Below, in pieces: positions 1-10,900 of a stretch of 64,000 nucleotides of DNA (position 1 is the first letter of the stretch; every line of letters starts with the position of its first letter). Source of the stretch: an uncultured Candidatus Saccharibacteria bacterium (GTDB lineage Bacteria; Patescibacteriota; Doudnabacteria; UBA920); contig CAZBAS010000001.1 in assembly GCA_964490395.1 (NCBI GenBank), positions 83,815 to 147,814 of the forward strand, given 5' to 3'. The position numbers and the translations under genes are program-made. The notes beneath the pieces were generated by a model. It had not been told where the DNA came from, searched no databases, and saw nothing but the letters and a program-made list of their open reading frames with translations.

Positions 1-655
1 AGGTGATGATGGTATGCGTAAGCTCGTTGGCAGTCCAGGACAGGAAGTGGTGACGCCATTTGTAACTCATCTTAAGACATACCCGTTCTGTTTGTTTTTA
101 CTGGATGAGCTTGAAAAAGCTAGTCCCGATGTGCTGAACCTATTTCTGGCGGTGCTGGAAGACGGCCGCATTACCACTGCTACCGGGCAAACGCTAGACC
201 TTACTCATACTATAATCATTGCCACTTCTAACGCTGGTACGCCAGAAATACAAGCAGGTATACGAGAGGGTAGAGAGATAGACTCTATTAAATCTGAACT
301 GCTCGAAAAGATTCTGATAAATTACTACCGCCCAGAATTCTTAAACCGTTTCGATGGGGTAATATTGTTTAAGCCTTTGGTGCCAGATGAAGTAGTAGAA
401 ATTACTCGTATACAGCTGGGCGCAGTCACTAAGCAATTGCTCCAGAAAAAGATTAAACTTGGCTTCTCCGAAGCAGCCATCAACAAAGTTGCTACCGAAG
501 CCTTTGACCCACTCCTCGGTGGCCGCCCTATCCGCCGCTACATTCAAGACCATGTTGAGTCAGTTATAGCCAAACTACTCCTCTCCAAACAGCTTGACCG
601 CGGTGGAGATGTAACTATCGATGTAAACGAAGCTGGGGAGTTTGTGTCAAAATAA
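1..655 (+). CDS. Clp/Hsp100 AAA+ ATPase (ClpB/ClpC-like), C-terminal fragment; 5' end lies outside the window
   Basis: ORF is open to the window edge. It shows the D2 C-terminal motifs LLDELEKA..DVLNLFLAVLEDGRITTATGQTLDLTHTIIIATSN and the sensor-2-like GGRPIRRYIQ. The Met at 14 is internal. Confidence 0.8.
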   Translation, partial: GDDGMRKLVGSPGQEVVTPFVTHLKTYPFCLFLLDELEKASPDVLNLFLAVLEDGRITTATGQTLDLTHTIIIATSNAGTPEIQAGIREGREIDSIKSELLEKILINYYRPEFLNRFDGVILFKPLVPDEVVEITRIQLGAVTKQLLQKKIKLGFSEAAINKVATEAFDPLLGGRPIRRYIQDHVESVIAKLLLSKQLDRGGDVTIDVNEAGEFVSK

Positions 656-674
656 ATACAATAGAAGCATAAAA

Positions 675-704
675 AATAGGCGTCCAAAAGCGCCTATTTT
701 GTTG
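675..704. terminator. Bidirectional rho-independent terminator hairpin (aataggcg-N8-cgcctatt, then T-run)
   Basis: A GC stem flanked by an A-run upstream and a T-run downstream, lying between convergent genes. Confidence 0.6.
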
Positions 705-725
705 ATTGTTGCCTTATCCTAGAAG

Positions 726-902
726 TTATGGTCCCACCGTTGCTGGGATAATCATCTTTGCAATTCCTACTCCTAGTGCCACCAAGGCCAATATTGCCAA
801 TATCGCTAAAAAGAGTGTAGCGCCACATCCAGCTTGGCCTTGTGGTCCTAATTCGTCAAAAAGCTTTCGCTCTAAGCGTCTTTGTTTTTGATACCAGTTC
901 AT
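726..902 (-). CDS. Small membrane protein (58 aa, C-terminal transmembrane helix), hypothetical
   Basis: The ATG is preceded by the strong Shine-Dalgarno sequence ctaggaggtaaag. A hydrophobic helix LFLAILAILALVALGVGIA follows. This ORF competes with the SD-less track ORF 706..891 on the plus strand. Confidence 0.4.
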   Translation of the reverse strand: MNWYQKQRRLERKLFDELGPQGQAGCGATLFLAILAILALVALGVGIAKMIIPATVGP

Positions 903-958
903 CTTTACCTCCTAGGTAGTTATCTGTCCAATGATTAGGCAGGTCTTCTTCTTCCTGC

Positions 959-1153
959 TTAATAAAGGTTGTAGAAGTAGATCCATGCGACCAGTCCCAG
1001 AGAGCTAAAGTTAATCTGTGCTCTTTCTGAGCCAATTGCGATGATTCGTCCTTGTGTCCCCTTCGGGATTGTCCATGAACGTTTGTTATTGTGCACGTCT
1101 ACGTCCCTCGATGTGTGTACTTCCATGCCCAGGCGTATATCTTTTCTATTCAT
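959..1153 (-). CDS. Hypothetical small protein (64 aa), starting at MNRKDIRLG
   Basis: The Shine-Dalgarno sequence aggagg lies 5 nt upstream of this internal ATG, so the track start at 1183 is probably too long. Confidence 0.4.
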   Translation of the reverse strand: MNRKDIRLGMEVHTSRDVDVHNNKRSWTIPKGTQGRIIAIGSERAQINFSSLGLVAWIYFYNLY

Positions 1154-1270
1154 ATGATCCTCCTTGGCAGTGATAGTACTCAAGTATATAATTAGTGTCT
1201 ACGCAATTTGGATAGCCTATTCAGTAATACAAACAATTGCTTTAAATAAGACATAAAATCTTAACTACTA

Positions 1271-2047
1271 TTGTCGAAATATATGTACGAAAAGGAGCTA
1301 TTGGAATGTGGGTTTAATCCAAAGCAGGCAAGAGTGTATGTAGCTTGTCTAGAATTTGGCATGGCTAAGGCCCCAGATATAGCCCAAAAAGCCGGGCTAA
1401 AGCGAACAACTGCCTATGGCATCTTGGATGAGCTCATTAGTTTAGGTGTGGTGAGCCTTGTTCAAAAAGGAAGACTCAAGTATTTTCGCGCTCAGGACCC
1501 TAAAGATATTGTTCGTATCTTAGAAAATCGAAAGCAGCAGTTTGAGAGGGCTTTGCCGGCGCTTTCAGAGTTGTACGCAACAAAACAAATCCGCCCCCAT
1601 GTGGAGTTTTATGACGGCAGGGAAGGGGTAAAGCACATTTTTGAGGATACCTTGAAAGTCAAACACAAAGAAATCTTACAGATTGTCAGGGTGCAGGATT
1701 TTATGGCTTGTGTCGGGGCGTTGTATGCAAAAGAATATATAGCGCGTCGCGCTGGCCGGGGGGTTACGGCAAGAGCGTTGCATCCCGTTTCGGGCGATAT
1801 TCACAATAGTATATATGGTGAGCCAAGTTATGAATGGAAGCGAGATGTGAGATATTTGCCTCCACCCATGTTTTACACTTCCATGATTATGGTATACGAC
1901 GATAACGTGGCCATGGTTTCTACAAAAAAAGAGAACTTTGGATTCATTATCCAAAGTAAGGAGTTTGCCAGCACCCAACGTGCTTATTTTGAATTCATGT
2001 GGAGGGTGGGTACTAAGAGTCCCGAAGTACAAAGCGTCCCTATTTGA
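1271..2047 (+). CDS. TrmB-family HTH transcriptional regulator
   Basis: N-terminal winged helix-turn-helix (GFNPKQARVYVACLEFGMAKAPDIAQKAGLKRTTAYGILDELISLGVV) followed by a TrmB-type C-terminal domain. It is paralogous to the genes at 17284 and 24873. Confidence 0.7.
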   Translation: MSKYMYEKELLECGFNPKQARVYVACLEFGMAKAPDIAQKAGLKRTTAYGILDELISLGVVSLVQKGRLKYFRAQDPKDIVRILENRKQQFERALPALSELYATKQIRPHVEFYDGREGVKHIFEDTLKVKHKEILQIVRVQDFMACVGALYAKEYIARRAGRGVTARALHPVSGDIHNSIYGEPSYEWKRDVRYLPPPMFYTSMIMVYDDNVAMVSTKKENFGFIIQSKEFASTQRAYFEFMWRVGTKSPEVQSVPI

Positions 2048-2097
2048 CGTCAAGATAAAAATGTTGAAGTGGCACTTCAACATAACTTTAACTTTTA

Positions 2098-2128
2098 AAA
2101 AACCATTACCAGAGGCAATGGTTTTTTA
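2098..2128. terminator. Bidirectional terminator hairpin (accattacc-agag-gcaatggtt plus tttttt)
   Basis: Stem-loop followed by a T-run, lying between the convergent TrmB and FemAB genes. Confidence 0.55.
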
Positions 2129-2132
2129 ATTT

Positions 2133-3224
2133 TTATTTGAGCACCTGCTTGGCTAGCCTGTAAGCGCGGTAGGCTATCTTATTCCAAGAGATGTCTTGTG
2201 GCGGCGGGTAACTTGTTTGCTCCCCGCCAAAGCCAATTTTGAAGCGCGCAAAACCGGGTGTGGCACCAGAGCTGGTTTCGAGTCCGCCAAAATCGTACGA
2301 GTTTAGTCCCTGCTGCTTTGCGTCGCGAATAGCGTGCCAGTGCAGTGCATAGGGTGCCATTATGTTTTTTTGTGCGTCATTAGAACCGCCGTATAGGTAT
2401 GTCCGAGTGCCGCCAAAGTCAACAAATATTCCGCCAGACAATAGCGTGTCTTGGTAGAACGCAGCATACCATCGAACTTTTACATTTGCAGTACTAGTGT
2501 TCGAAACTTCGTTTACGTTGTCTTTTCTTTGTAAGCCTGTAGCAAAGAATGAGCAGAAGTTTTTATAATACGAAAACGAATGACCTTTATATGCTTGCCG
2601 TTCAGTCGTTTTGGTTATAAGCGATAATATTTCTTCTGCCTCAGGGCCTGCTAGATCGGTACCTGTTTTTACAATAACCCCGTGCTTGTTTGCTACTTTA
2701 ATGTTGTAGCGTGTCTTTTGGTGCATTTCCATTTGCAGCTGTTCCTCGGTTTTGCTGAGGTCCAGGAGTAGGGTGGAACCAGGTTGGATGCGCGAACTAG
2801 GCTGCCCGCCCCAGGCGGGTCCGCCTTGGGTGGATAGTTCAAGAGATGCGGTTAGTTCGAATTTTAGGAACAACGCTCTCGGGTAATCTTTTTTTATTTG
2901 CTCCACTAATTTTTGTATTGCATTTTGGAAATTGCCCGCCCCAGGCGGGTCCGCCTTGGGCGGAGAAATTGGAAATTGGAAATTAATCACGGGCCCATAC
3001 GGGCAATACAAGTAAAATTGTCCTAGTGGTAGGGGATACAATAAAAACTGTGCGGCAATTTGTGTTGTGCCTGCTTCGTCTGCAACTAAATACCTTTTTG
3101 CTTTCCTACCGTTCTTTTCCTGCCACTCGCCCCATTCAAAACTTTGCAAAAAAGAACCGTTGTTGTTTGCAACAAAGGCATTGTATTCTTCTCTGTCTTT
3201 TTCGGTTATTTCTTGAATGTGCAT
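2133..3224 (-). CDS. FemAB-family peptidoglycan interpeptide-bridge aminoacyltransferase (FemX-like)
   Basis: 363 aa with N- and C-terminal FemAB signatures (..SFEWGEWQ.. and ..YLYGGSNDAQKNIMAPYALHWHAIRDAKQQGL..YDFGG). It carries an internal 28-nt direct repeat. Confidence 0.7.
   Translation of the reverse strand: MHIQEITEKDREEYNAFVANNNGSFLQSFEWGEWQEKNGRKAKRYLVADEAGTTQIAAQFLLYPLPLGQFYLYCPYGPVINFQFPISPPKADPPGAGNFQNAIQKLVEQIKKDYPRALFLKFELTASLELSTQGGPAWGGQPSSRIQPGSTLLLDLSKTEEQLQMEMHQKTRYNIKVANKHGVIVKTGTDLAGPEAEEILSLITKTTERQAYKGHSFSYYKNFCSFFATGLQRKDNVNEVSNTSTANVKVRWYAAFYQDTLLSGGIFVDFGGTRTYLYGGSNDAQKNIMAPYALHWHAIRDAKQQGLNSYDFGGLETSSGATPGFARFKIGFGGEQTSYPPPQDISWNKIAYRAYRLAKQVLK
2803..2830. repeat. 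28-nt direct repeat copy 1 (tgcccgccccaggcgggtccgccttggg) inside the FemAB CDS
   Basis: Exact copy of 2933..2960. It contains the internal palindrome cccgcc-cca-ggcggg. Confidence 0.85.
2933..2960. repeat. 28-nt direct repeat copy 2 inside the FemAB CDS
   Basis: Exact copy of 2803..2830, 130 nt away. Because 130 is not a multiple of 3, the two copies are read in different frames (PKADPPGAG versus QGGPAWGGQ). Confidence 0.85.
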
Positions 3225-3351
3225 GATATAACAAAAATTCGAAATCCTAATATCGAAATCCGAAGTAAATTTGAAATTCCAAATTCTAATTTCTAAATCT
3301 CAAATTTAGAAATTAGATATTATTTCGGGTTTCAAAATTCGTGCTTCGGGT

Positions 3352-3912
3352 TTATCTAGACAGTAGTTTCAGCGCTTGTTTCAGCTGTTCTTGAGTTGAG
3401 GCTGAGCGGTCTATTTCACTTACTACTTGTCGTACTTCGCTCGTTCCATACCCCAGCCCTATTAATGCATCAAATACGTCGCTGCTTCCGGTAGAAGTGC
3501 CTTCTACGCCAGGGAGCTGGCCAACTTTATCCTTTAACTCAACTATTATCCGTTCCGCGGTTTTCTTGCCTATGCCGCCCATTTGGCTAAAAAAAGAAAT
3601 ATCCTGCTTAGCTATGGCCTCTTTTAGCATTTGCACCTCACCAGAAGAGAGTATGGAAAGGGCACTTTTTGGTCCTATACCAGAAACAGTGAGTAAAAGC
3701 TCGAAAAAATCGAGAGTGTGAGCATTGGGAAAGCCAAAGAGTGACTGCCCGTCATCTGTGCTCTTATGGTAAGTAAATAGCTTTATTGGCTGTCCAACGG
3801 GTTTTCCGAGCAATTCTGGTACGGCAAACACTTTATATCCAATACCATTAACGCCTACTATTATATAGGTAAGCGAAGAGTGTATAAGTGTGCCTTCTAA
3901 ATACGCAATCAT
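3352..3912 (-). CDS. ruvA: Holliday junction DNA helicase RuvA
   Basis: MIAYLEGTL..GIGYKVF..LFGF..LLTVSGIGPKSALSILS..GIGKKTAERIIVELKDK, with typical RuvA domains I to III. Confidence 0.85.
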   Translation of the reverse strand: MIAYLEGTLIHSSLTYIIVGVNGIGYKVFAVPELLGKPVGQPIKLFTYHKSTDDGQSLFGFPNAHTLDFFELLLTVSGIGPKSALSILSSGEVQMLKEAIAKQDISFFSQMGGIGKKTAERIIVELKDKVGQLPGVEGTSTGSSDVFDALIGLGYGTSEVRQVVSEIDRSASTQEQLKQALKLLSR

Positions 3913-4099
3913 AGAGAAAGTATATCAGAAATATTATAGAAAACGGGCTAATTTTTAATTTTTAATTTTTAATTTTCAAATATTGCAAAGAAAAAAGGGG
4001 TTTTTATTGAAAATTTGTTAAATGATTTGCCAATATTAAAAGTGTATTGGGGCGGTGGTTACTCCTTGTGGATATGAGTGGATAAAGTGAGAAAACTAC

Positions 4100-4142
4100 T
4101 TGACAAAAGCCACTTGACAAAGTAGAGTAGGGTATATGCGTA
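4100..4142 (+). promoter_or_regulatory. Candidate rpoBC promoter: two tandem TTGACA boxes plus an A/T-rich -10-like region
   Basis: ttgacaaaagccacttgacaaagtagagtagggtatat lies about 280 nt upstream of rpoB. The spacing to the -10-like region is imperfect. Confidence 0.3.
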
Positions 4143-4415
4143 TGTACTCTCTTAGGTAGGGATTCCCAGAAGTCTTTTCTGCTCTTAAACAAGCGGGAAA
4201 GGCCTATTTTTGCGTTTAAAAATGTATTTCGTCCATTTTTAAACTTAAAAAGCTTAAATTACAGAGTACATAATTCGGCACCTCCTTACTCACGATCTTG
4301 GGAAGATTTACCCCCTTTTTGCCAAAAACAACAAGATCATTAGCACACATCCCGATTCGTATCGGGATGTGGTGTCCTATTGTCGCAGAAAATAGGACAC
4401 GAGAAGTAACAGGTC

Positions 4416-7400
4416 ATGCCAAGCAAGCCGAAAATAGCGGTGCAAATCGCACAGGCTGGCGGTACCGAGGTCCAGCAAAAGCGGAACTTTTTTGGACGTA
4501 CTCACGAAATGCTTAACCTCCCGAATTTGATCGAGGTTCAGCTCAATTCATACCGCTGGTTTTTTGAGAAGGGCTTAAAAGAGCTCTTAAACGAAATTAA
4601 TCCCATTCGTGACTTTACCGGAAAAAATCTGGAACTGTCTTTTGGTGATTATTATTTTGATAAGCCAAAGTTCGATGAAGTATTGGCCCGGGAACGTAAC
4701 GCCACTTTTGAGGCGCCACTCTATGTTTCTGCCAAGCTTATAAATAAGCTTACGGGAAAGACCAAGACACAAGATGTGTACTTTGGTGATTTTCCTATTA
4801 TGACTCCTCGCGGCACGTTCATCATCAACGGTGTAGAGCGTGTAGTGGTGAGTCAGCTCATTAAGTCTCCTGGTGTATTCTTTAGCAGTGAGAATTTTCG
4901 TGGTAAGAACCTATATGGTGCTAAAGTCATTCCTAACCGTGGAGCATGGCTCGAGCTCGATACCGACGCCTCGAATGTCATTGGTGTAAAAATAGACCGC
5001 AAGCGCCGCATTCCAGTGACTGCATTGCTCCGCGTATTCGGTTTGTCTACCAATGAAGAAATTTTAGAAGCGTTTAAAGATATAGACACAGACCCTGAAA
5101 CAAAGTATATTCAGGCGTCTTTAGAAAAAGATGCGAGCAGCAATGCCGATGAAGGTTTCCGCGAAGTGTACAAGCGTGTTCGCCCTGGCGATTTGGCTAC
5201 TGTAGACAACGCGCGCAGCCTTATCTCTGCTATGTTCTTTAATTTTGAGCGCTATGACCTTTCCGAGGTTGGTCGCTACAAGTTTAACCAGCGCATGGGC
5301 TTCCCTCAGGACAACGCTAGTCCTATTTTGACGAAAGAAGATATGGTGTCCACTGTTCGCGAAGTTATTCGTTTGAACAACACTCAGGACCAGGCAGATG
5401 ATATAGACCATCTTTCCAACCGCCGTGTTCGTGCAGTTGGTGAGCTTATTCAAACTCGCTACCGCGTTGGTCTTGCCCGTATGGCGCGTATTGCACGCGA
5501 CCGTATGTCTTTGGCCGACCTTGAAACAGTAACTCCAGCCCAGCTTATCCACGTTCGCCCTGTTGTGGCTGCTACTCAAGAGTTTTTCTCTTCCTCACAG
5601 CTTTCCCAGTTCATGGACCAAACCAACCCTTTGGCTGAACTTGAGCACAAGCGCCGCCTGTCTGCTATGGGTCCTGGTGGTCTCTCTCGCGAGCGCGCTG
5701 GGTTTGAAGTTCGTGATGTGCACCGTTCTCACTACGGTCGTCTTTGCCCTATTACTACTCCAGAAGGTCCAAACATTGGTTTGGTTTCCCACCTTGCTAC
5801 CTATGCGCGTGTAAACGAATTTGGGTTTATAGAAACTCCGTACCGCATGGTACACAAAACAGCGAGTAATAATGGTGAAGAAGCAGTAGGGGAGTTTGCT
5901 CGTTTCGATATTGTGCATAACGATACAACTATTGTTGCTGCAGGAGAAAAAATTACTGAAAAGATAGCTAAAGAACTGCAGAAAGTACCAGACCTTGAGC
6001 AGATTCAAATTCGTGGTCGTTTAACTGACGCCATTGAGTACCTTGATGCGTTCGAAGAAGAGCGTTTGACTATTGGTCAGGCAAACGTTGAGGTAGACGA
6101 GCAGGGCTATTTTGTTCCTGGTCGCGTGCCAGTTCGTGTACGCAGCGTCCCTACCATTGGTGAGGCCGTAGACATAGACTGTGTTGACCTTTCTCCAAAG
6201 CAAATTATTTCCGTTACTACTTCCCTTATTCCATTCCTCGAACATGACGACGCGAACCGCGCACTCATGGGTTCCAACATGCAACGTCAGGCTGTAAGCT
6301 GCTTGGTGCCTCAGGCCGCTATTATTGGTACTGGTATGGAGCGCAAAGCTGCACGCGATAGTGGTGCTGTAGTGGTAGCTGAGGAAGCCGGAGAAGTCAC
6401 TCAGGTTGTTGGTGATAAAGTTGTGGTAACCAATGATGCTGGTAAAAAGAAAGAATACCCACTCCTTAAATTCCTTCGAACCAACAGTGGTACTTGTATA
6501 AACCAAATACCTCGCGTTTCTCGTGGTCAGAGAGTAGACATAGGCGATATCCTTGCCGATGGTGCTTCTACTGAAGAGGGTGAACTCGCACTTGGTCAGA
6601 ACGTGCTCGTATCCTTCCTGTCTTGGGATGGGTACAACTTTGAAGATGCTATTATTTTGTCCAGCCGCCTGGTGCAGCAAGACAGATATTCTTCCATCCA
6701 CATAGAAGACTTTAAGATAGATGTACGCGACACTAAACTCGGTGCTGAAGTTGTGACTCGCGATATTCCAAATGTAGGCGAGGAAAAACTCAAAGACCTA
6801 GACGAGAACGGTGTTATCCGCATTGGTGCGCAGGTTAAGGCTGGCGATATCCTGGTTGGTAAAATTACTCCAAAAGGTGAAACCGATTTAACCCCTGAAG
6901 AAAAACTCCTCCGCGTTATCTTTGGTGAAAAGTCTCGCGACGTAAAAGATACGAGCTTGAACTTGCCACACGGTGAGTACGGAAAAGTTGTTAACATTCG
7001 TGAATGGTCTCGTGACGCAGGGGATAAGCTTCCATCTGGTGTTATTCGCTCTATCCAGGTGTCTGTTGCAGTTATCCGCAAAATCCAGGTTGGAGATAAA
7101 ATGGCTGGTCGCCACGGAAACAAAGGTGTCATTTCTAAGATTGTGCCAGTAGAAGACATGCCATTCTTGCCCGATGGTCGCCCGGTAGATATTATTTTGA
7201 ACCCGCTCGGTGTGGTGAGCCGTATGAACCTCGGTCAAATCTTGGAAACCCACCTTGGTATGGCTGCTCGTGAGCTAGGGTATAAAGTAGCAACTCCAGT
7301 GCTCGACGGTGTGACTGAAGTGGAAATAAAACAAGAGCTTGCTAAGGCTGGTCTTCCTGAAGACGGTAAAATTCAGCTCTACGATGGTAAAACTGGTGAA

Positions 7401-7874
7401 CCGTTCGACGAACGTACTACGGTTGGTGTGGCGTACATGATGAAGCTCCACCACTTAGTAGACGACAAGATGCACGCCAGAAGCATTGGGCCATACTCCC
7501 TCATAACCCAGCAACCGCTTGGTGGTAAAGCTCAGTTTGGTGGTCAGCGTTTCGGTGAAATGGAAGTGTGGGCACTTGAAGGATACGGTGCTGCTCATAC
7601 ATTGCAGGAAATGCTTACTATAAAGTCTGACGACGTTATGGGTCGTAGCAAAACATATGAGTCTATTGTAAAAGGTGAGCCTATTAAGAAACCGAACGTA
7701 CCAGAAAGCTTCCGTGTATTGGTGAAAGAACTGCAAAGTTTGGGTCTCGATGTAGAGCTATTGGGCACACATCAAGATCAACTCTCTATAGATGGTGAAC
7801 TGGCCGAAGGCCAGCAAGCAGGCGTAGTCGAGCCCCCGCTTGATTTCAGTGATAATGGGGCGCGTGAGCGCTAG
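4416..7874 (+). CDS. rpoB: DNA-directed RNA polymerase beta subunit
   Basis: 1152-aa ORF with all the beta-subunit conserved blocks. Residues 21-50 ([30 protein letters not shown]) align with E. coli beta residues 9-39 ([31 protein letters not shown]), which supports a start near 4416. Confidence 0.95.
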   Translation: MPSKPKIAVQIAQAGGTEVQQKRNFFGRTHEMLNLPNLIEVQLNSYRWFFEKGLKELLNEINPIRDFTGKNLELSFGDYYFDKPKFDEVLARERNATFEAPLYVSAKLINKLTGKTKTQDVYFGDFPIMTPRGTFIINGVERVVVSQLIKSPGVFFSSENFRGKNLYGAKVIPNRGAWLELDTDASNVIGVKIDRKRRIPVTALLRVFGLSTNEEILEAFKDIDTDPETKYIQASLEKDASSNADEGFREVYKRVRPGDLATVDNARSLISAMFFNFERYDLSEVGRYKFNQRMGFPQDNASPILTKEDMVSTVREVIRLNNTQDQADDIDHLSNRRVRAVGELIQTRYRVGLARMARIARDRMSLADLETVTPAQLIHVRPVVAATQEFFSSSQLSQFMDQTNPLAELEHKRRLSAMGPGGLSRERAGFEVRDVHRSHYGRLCPITTPEGPNIGLVSHLATYARVNEFGFIETPYRMVHKTASNNGEEAVGEFARFDIVHNDTTIVAAGEKITEKIAKELQKVPDLEQIQIRGRLTDAIEYLDAFEEERLTIGQANVEVDEQGYFVPGRVPVRVRSVPTIGEAVDIDCVDLSPKQIISVTTSLIPFLEHDDANRALMGSNMQRQAVSCLVPQAAIIGTGMERKAARDSGAVVVAEEAGEVTQVVGDKVVVTNDAGKKKEYPLLKFLRTNSGTCINQIPRVSRGQRVDIGDILADGASTEEGELALGQNVLVSFLSWDGYNFEDAIILSSRLVQQDRYSSIHIEDFKIDVRDTKLGAEVVTRDIPNVGEEKLKDLDENGVIRIGAQVKAGDILVGKITPKGETDLTPEEKLLRVIFGEKSRDVKDTSLNLPHGEYGKVVNIREWSRDAGDKLPSGVIRSIQVSVAVIRKIQVGDKMAGRHGNKGVISKIVPVEDMPFLPDGRPVDIILNPLGVVSRMNLGQILETHLGMAARELGYKVATPVLDGVTEVEIKQELAKAGLPEDGKIQLYDGKTGEPFDERTTVGVAYMMKLHHLVDDKMHARSIGPYSLITQQPLGGKAQFGGQRFGEMEVWALEGYGAAHTLQEMLTIKSDDVMGRSKTYESIVKGEPIKKPNVPESFRVLVKELQSLGLDVELLGTHQDQLSIDGELAEGQQAGVVEPPLDFSDNGARER

Positions 7875-7945
7875 TTCGTAAAGTTCATAAAGTAGCAAGT
7901 CATTCGTGACACTTTAAGAACTTTAGAAACTTTAAGAACTTTTTA
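7861..7945 (+). repeat. rpoB-rpoC intergenic element with tandem actttaagaac units (reference copy of the element at 21733..21870)
   Basis: Direct observation. It contains the rpoB stop codon followed by ttcgtaaagttcataaagtag..actttaagaactttagaaactttaagaac. Confidence 0.5.
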
Positions 7946-7953
7946 CTAAATCT

Positions 7954-10900
7954 ATGTTTACCCAAACAGCAACTGAAGAATTCAAAGGGGTTCGCATCAA
8001 GCTTGCCTCTCCGGAAACTATCTTGTCATGGTCCCATGGCGAGGTGACCAAGCCGGAAACTATCAACTATCGTACCCAACGTCCTGAAAAGGAAGGGCTG
8101 TTCGATGAAAAGATTTTTGGTCCTATAAAGGACTGGGAATGCTATTGCGGTAAGTACAAGCGCATTCGATACAAGGGTATTGTCTGTGATAAATGTGGCG
8201 TTGAGGTAACCAAAGCATCGGTTCGCCGCGAGCGCATGGGCCACATTAAATTGGCTGTGCCAGTTGCGCACATCTGGTTCCTTCGTGGTGTGCCAAGCCG
8301 TATTGGTCTTATGCTTGACCTCGGCGTTCAGGAACTGGAAAAGGTTGTGTATTTTGCAGCCTACATCATTACATCCGTAGACGATGAAGCTCGGACTAAC
8401 ATGATGGAGCAAATAGAGCACGAGTTCAAAGCAAAAAAGAAAGAAATAGAGACTCGGTACCAGCAGCTTATAGAAAAAGGCCGTGCTCAAATGAAAGCAG
8501 ATGGCAAGGGTACCGATGTAGATGTGCTTGCTGCCAAGATAGATGCAGAAGTAACTCGTCTCAAAGATGTCTGGCAAAAAGAGGTTTCCAGTCTTGAGTC
8601 GGTTCGTGACCAGGCTCGCTCTGAACTGAAAAGCATTCGCCGCATGCAGGTTATTTCCGAATTGCAGTATCGCGATTTGTCTTTGAAGTATGGTCCAGTA
8701 TTTACTGCTGGTATTGGTGCGGAAAGTCTTAAGGGTTTGCTTGAAGAAGTAAACTTGGAAACACTTGCCAGCGACCTTGAAGCTTCCTTAAAGAACCTTG
8801 AAGGCCAAGCTGCAAAGAAGGCCCTCCGCCGCCTTAAAGTTGCTAAGTCATTCATTGCCGCAGGTCTTCGTCCCGAATGGATGCTCATTGGTAACCTGCC
8901 AGTTATCCCACCAGATCTTCGCCCTATGGTGCAGCTCGATGGTGGTCGGTTTGCCGCTTCAGATTTGAATGATTTGTACCGCCGTGTTATTAACCGAAAT
9001 AACCGTCTTAAAAAACTGATAGAAATAAAGTCTCCTGAAGTTATTACCCGCAACGAAAAGCGTATGCTTCAGGAAGCCGTTGATGCGCTCATAGACAACT
9101 CAGTGCGTCATGGTAAAGAAGTGACTGCTTCTACTGGTCAAAAGCGCAAGCTTCGCTCGCTCGCAGACATGCTTAAAGGTAAGCAGGGTCGTTTCCGTCA
9201 GAACTTGCTCGGAAAACGCGTAGACTATTCTGGTCGTTCTGTTATTGTGGTAGGTCCAGAACTGAAGCTCCACCAGTGTGGTTTGCCAAAGAAAATGGCT
9301 CTAGAACTCTTTAAGCCATTTGTTATTGCCAAGCTCATTGCCCGCGAATACGCCCACAACGTGCGCAGTGCTAACCGTCTTATAGAACAGGGCCGGACCG
9401 AAGTGTATGATATTTTGGAAGAGGTAACTAAAGACCACTTTGTTCTTTTGAACCGCGCTCCAACCTTGCACCGCTTAGGGTTCCAGGCATTCCAGCCAGT
9501 ACTTATCGAAGGTAAAGCTATTCAGTTGCACCCAATGGTGTGTGCTGCGTTTAACGCTGACTTCGATGGTGACCAAATGGCCGTGCACGTACCACTCACT
9601 GAACCTGCTCAGCGCGAAGCTCGTGAAATTATGGTTAGTGCTCATAACTTGCTCAAGCCTGCATCGGGTGATCCAGTTATGACTCCAGATAAAGACGTTG
9701 TGGTAGGGTGCTACTACATAACAAAACTGCATCCAGGCGCTAAGGGCGAAGGTAAGGTGTATAGCTCATTGCAAGAGGCTGTGCTTGCGTACAACAATAA
9801 CTTTGTACATATCCAGGCTCCAGTAAAAGTGCTCATGCCAGACGGCAGTATGTTAGAAACATCGGTTGGTCGCCTTATTTTTAACAAGGTTATTCCAGCA
9901 GAACTCGGGTATCGCAACGAAACTTTTGATAAGAAAAAGTTGCAAGCGCTTGTTCGTGAGGCCTATCGTTTACTGGGCGCAGACCGAACGGCTGAACTCA
10001 TCGACGCTATCAAGCGTACTGGTTTTACCTACATGAAACGCTCCGGTGTGTCATGGGGTATGGATGACTTGCGTGTACCAGAAACAAAGCAGGCATTCCT
10101 CGAGGCAGCAGATAAAGAAGTAGAAGCTGCGTACGAACAGTTCCGAGAAGGACTCTTAACCGATGAAGAGCGTGCAGGTCGTGTTATTGAAATTTGGGCT
10201 GGTGTGTCCGAGGCTGTAGGTAAAGAAGTGGCTAAGACTGTGCGCGAGCATAGCTCTGTAGATTACATTTTCTCCTCCGGTGGTCGTGGTTCCGTATCTC
10301 AGCTTACTCAAATGGCAGGTATGAAGGGTCTTGTGGTGAACCCATCTGGTGCGGTTATTGAACTGCCAGTACGTGGTGGGTTTAAAGAGGGTCTACAGGT
10401 TTTGGAATACTTTATCTCTACTCACGGTAGCCGAAAAGGTATGTCCGATACCGCTCTTAAGACTGCAGATGCCGGGTATCTGACTCGCCGCTTAGTTGAT
10501 GTTGCCCAGGATATTGTTATCAACGCCGAGGATTGTGGTACTGAGGAATATTCCATCATTGCTCGCACGGAATCTGTACCAACCAACCGTTCATACGACA
10601 AGCGCCTCTTTGGTTTGATAGTCGCTGAAGACGTAGTGCTGAACGGTGAAGTATTGTTGAAGCGCAATGAGCCCATAGATGAGCTCATGGCAAAAAAGAT
10701 TGCCGAAGAGTACACAGATATTGTTGAAGTGAAGTGTCGTTCAGTACTCAAGTGCCGCCTTACTCGTGGTATTTGCCGCTTGTGCTATGGTTTTGACTTA
10801 GGTTTCAACCGCATGGTTGAGCTTGGAAGTGCTGTGGGAATTGTGGCTGCACAGAGTATTGGTGAACCTGCTACGCAGCTTACTATGCGTACCTTCCACA

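Noticed and set aside
3225-3351. Periodic A/T-rich words (aaatt/ctaaat) and a palindrome (taatttctaaatctcaaatttagaaatta) between the FemAB and ruvA genes, considered as a CRISPR or satellite array.
   Set aside because: Too short and irregular, with no spacer structure. Most likely an AT-rich promoter or terminator region. The same applies to the 4x taattttt repeat at 3935..3968 and to the tctaattc / attagaaatt palindrome at 11965..12045.
4587-7736. Track ORFs antisense to or nested within rpoB (for example 5121..5579, 6021..6701, 6596..7159) and within rpoC (8026..9053, 10422..11238).
   Set aside because: Fully contained in strongly supported polymerase genes, with amino-acid composition typical of antisense or shadow frames.
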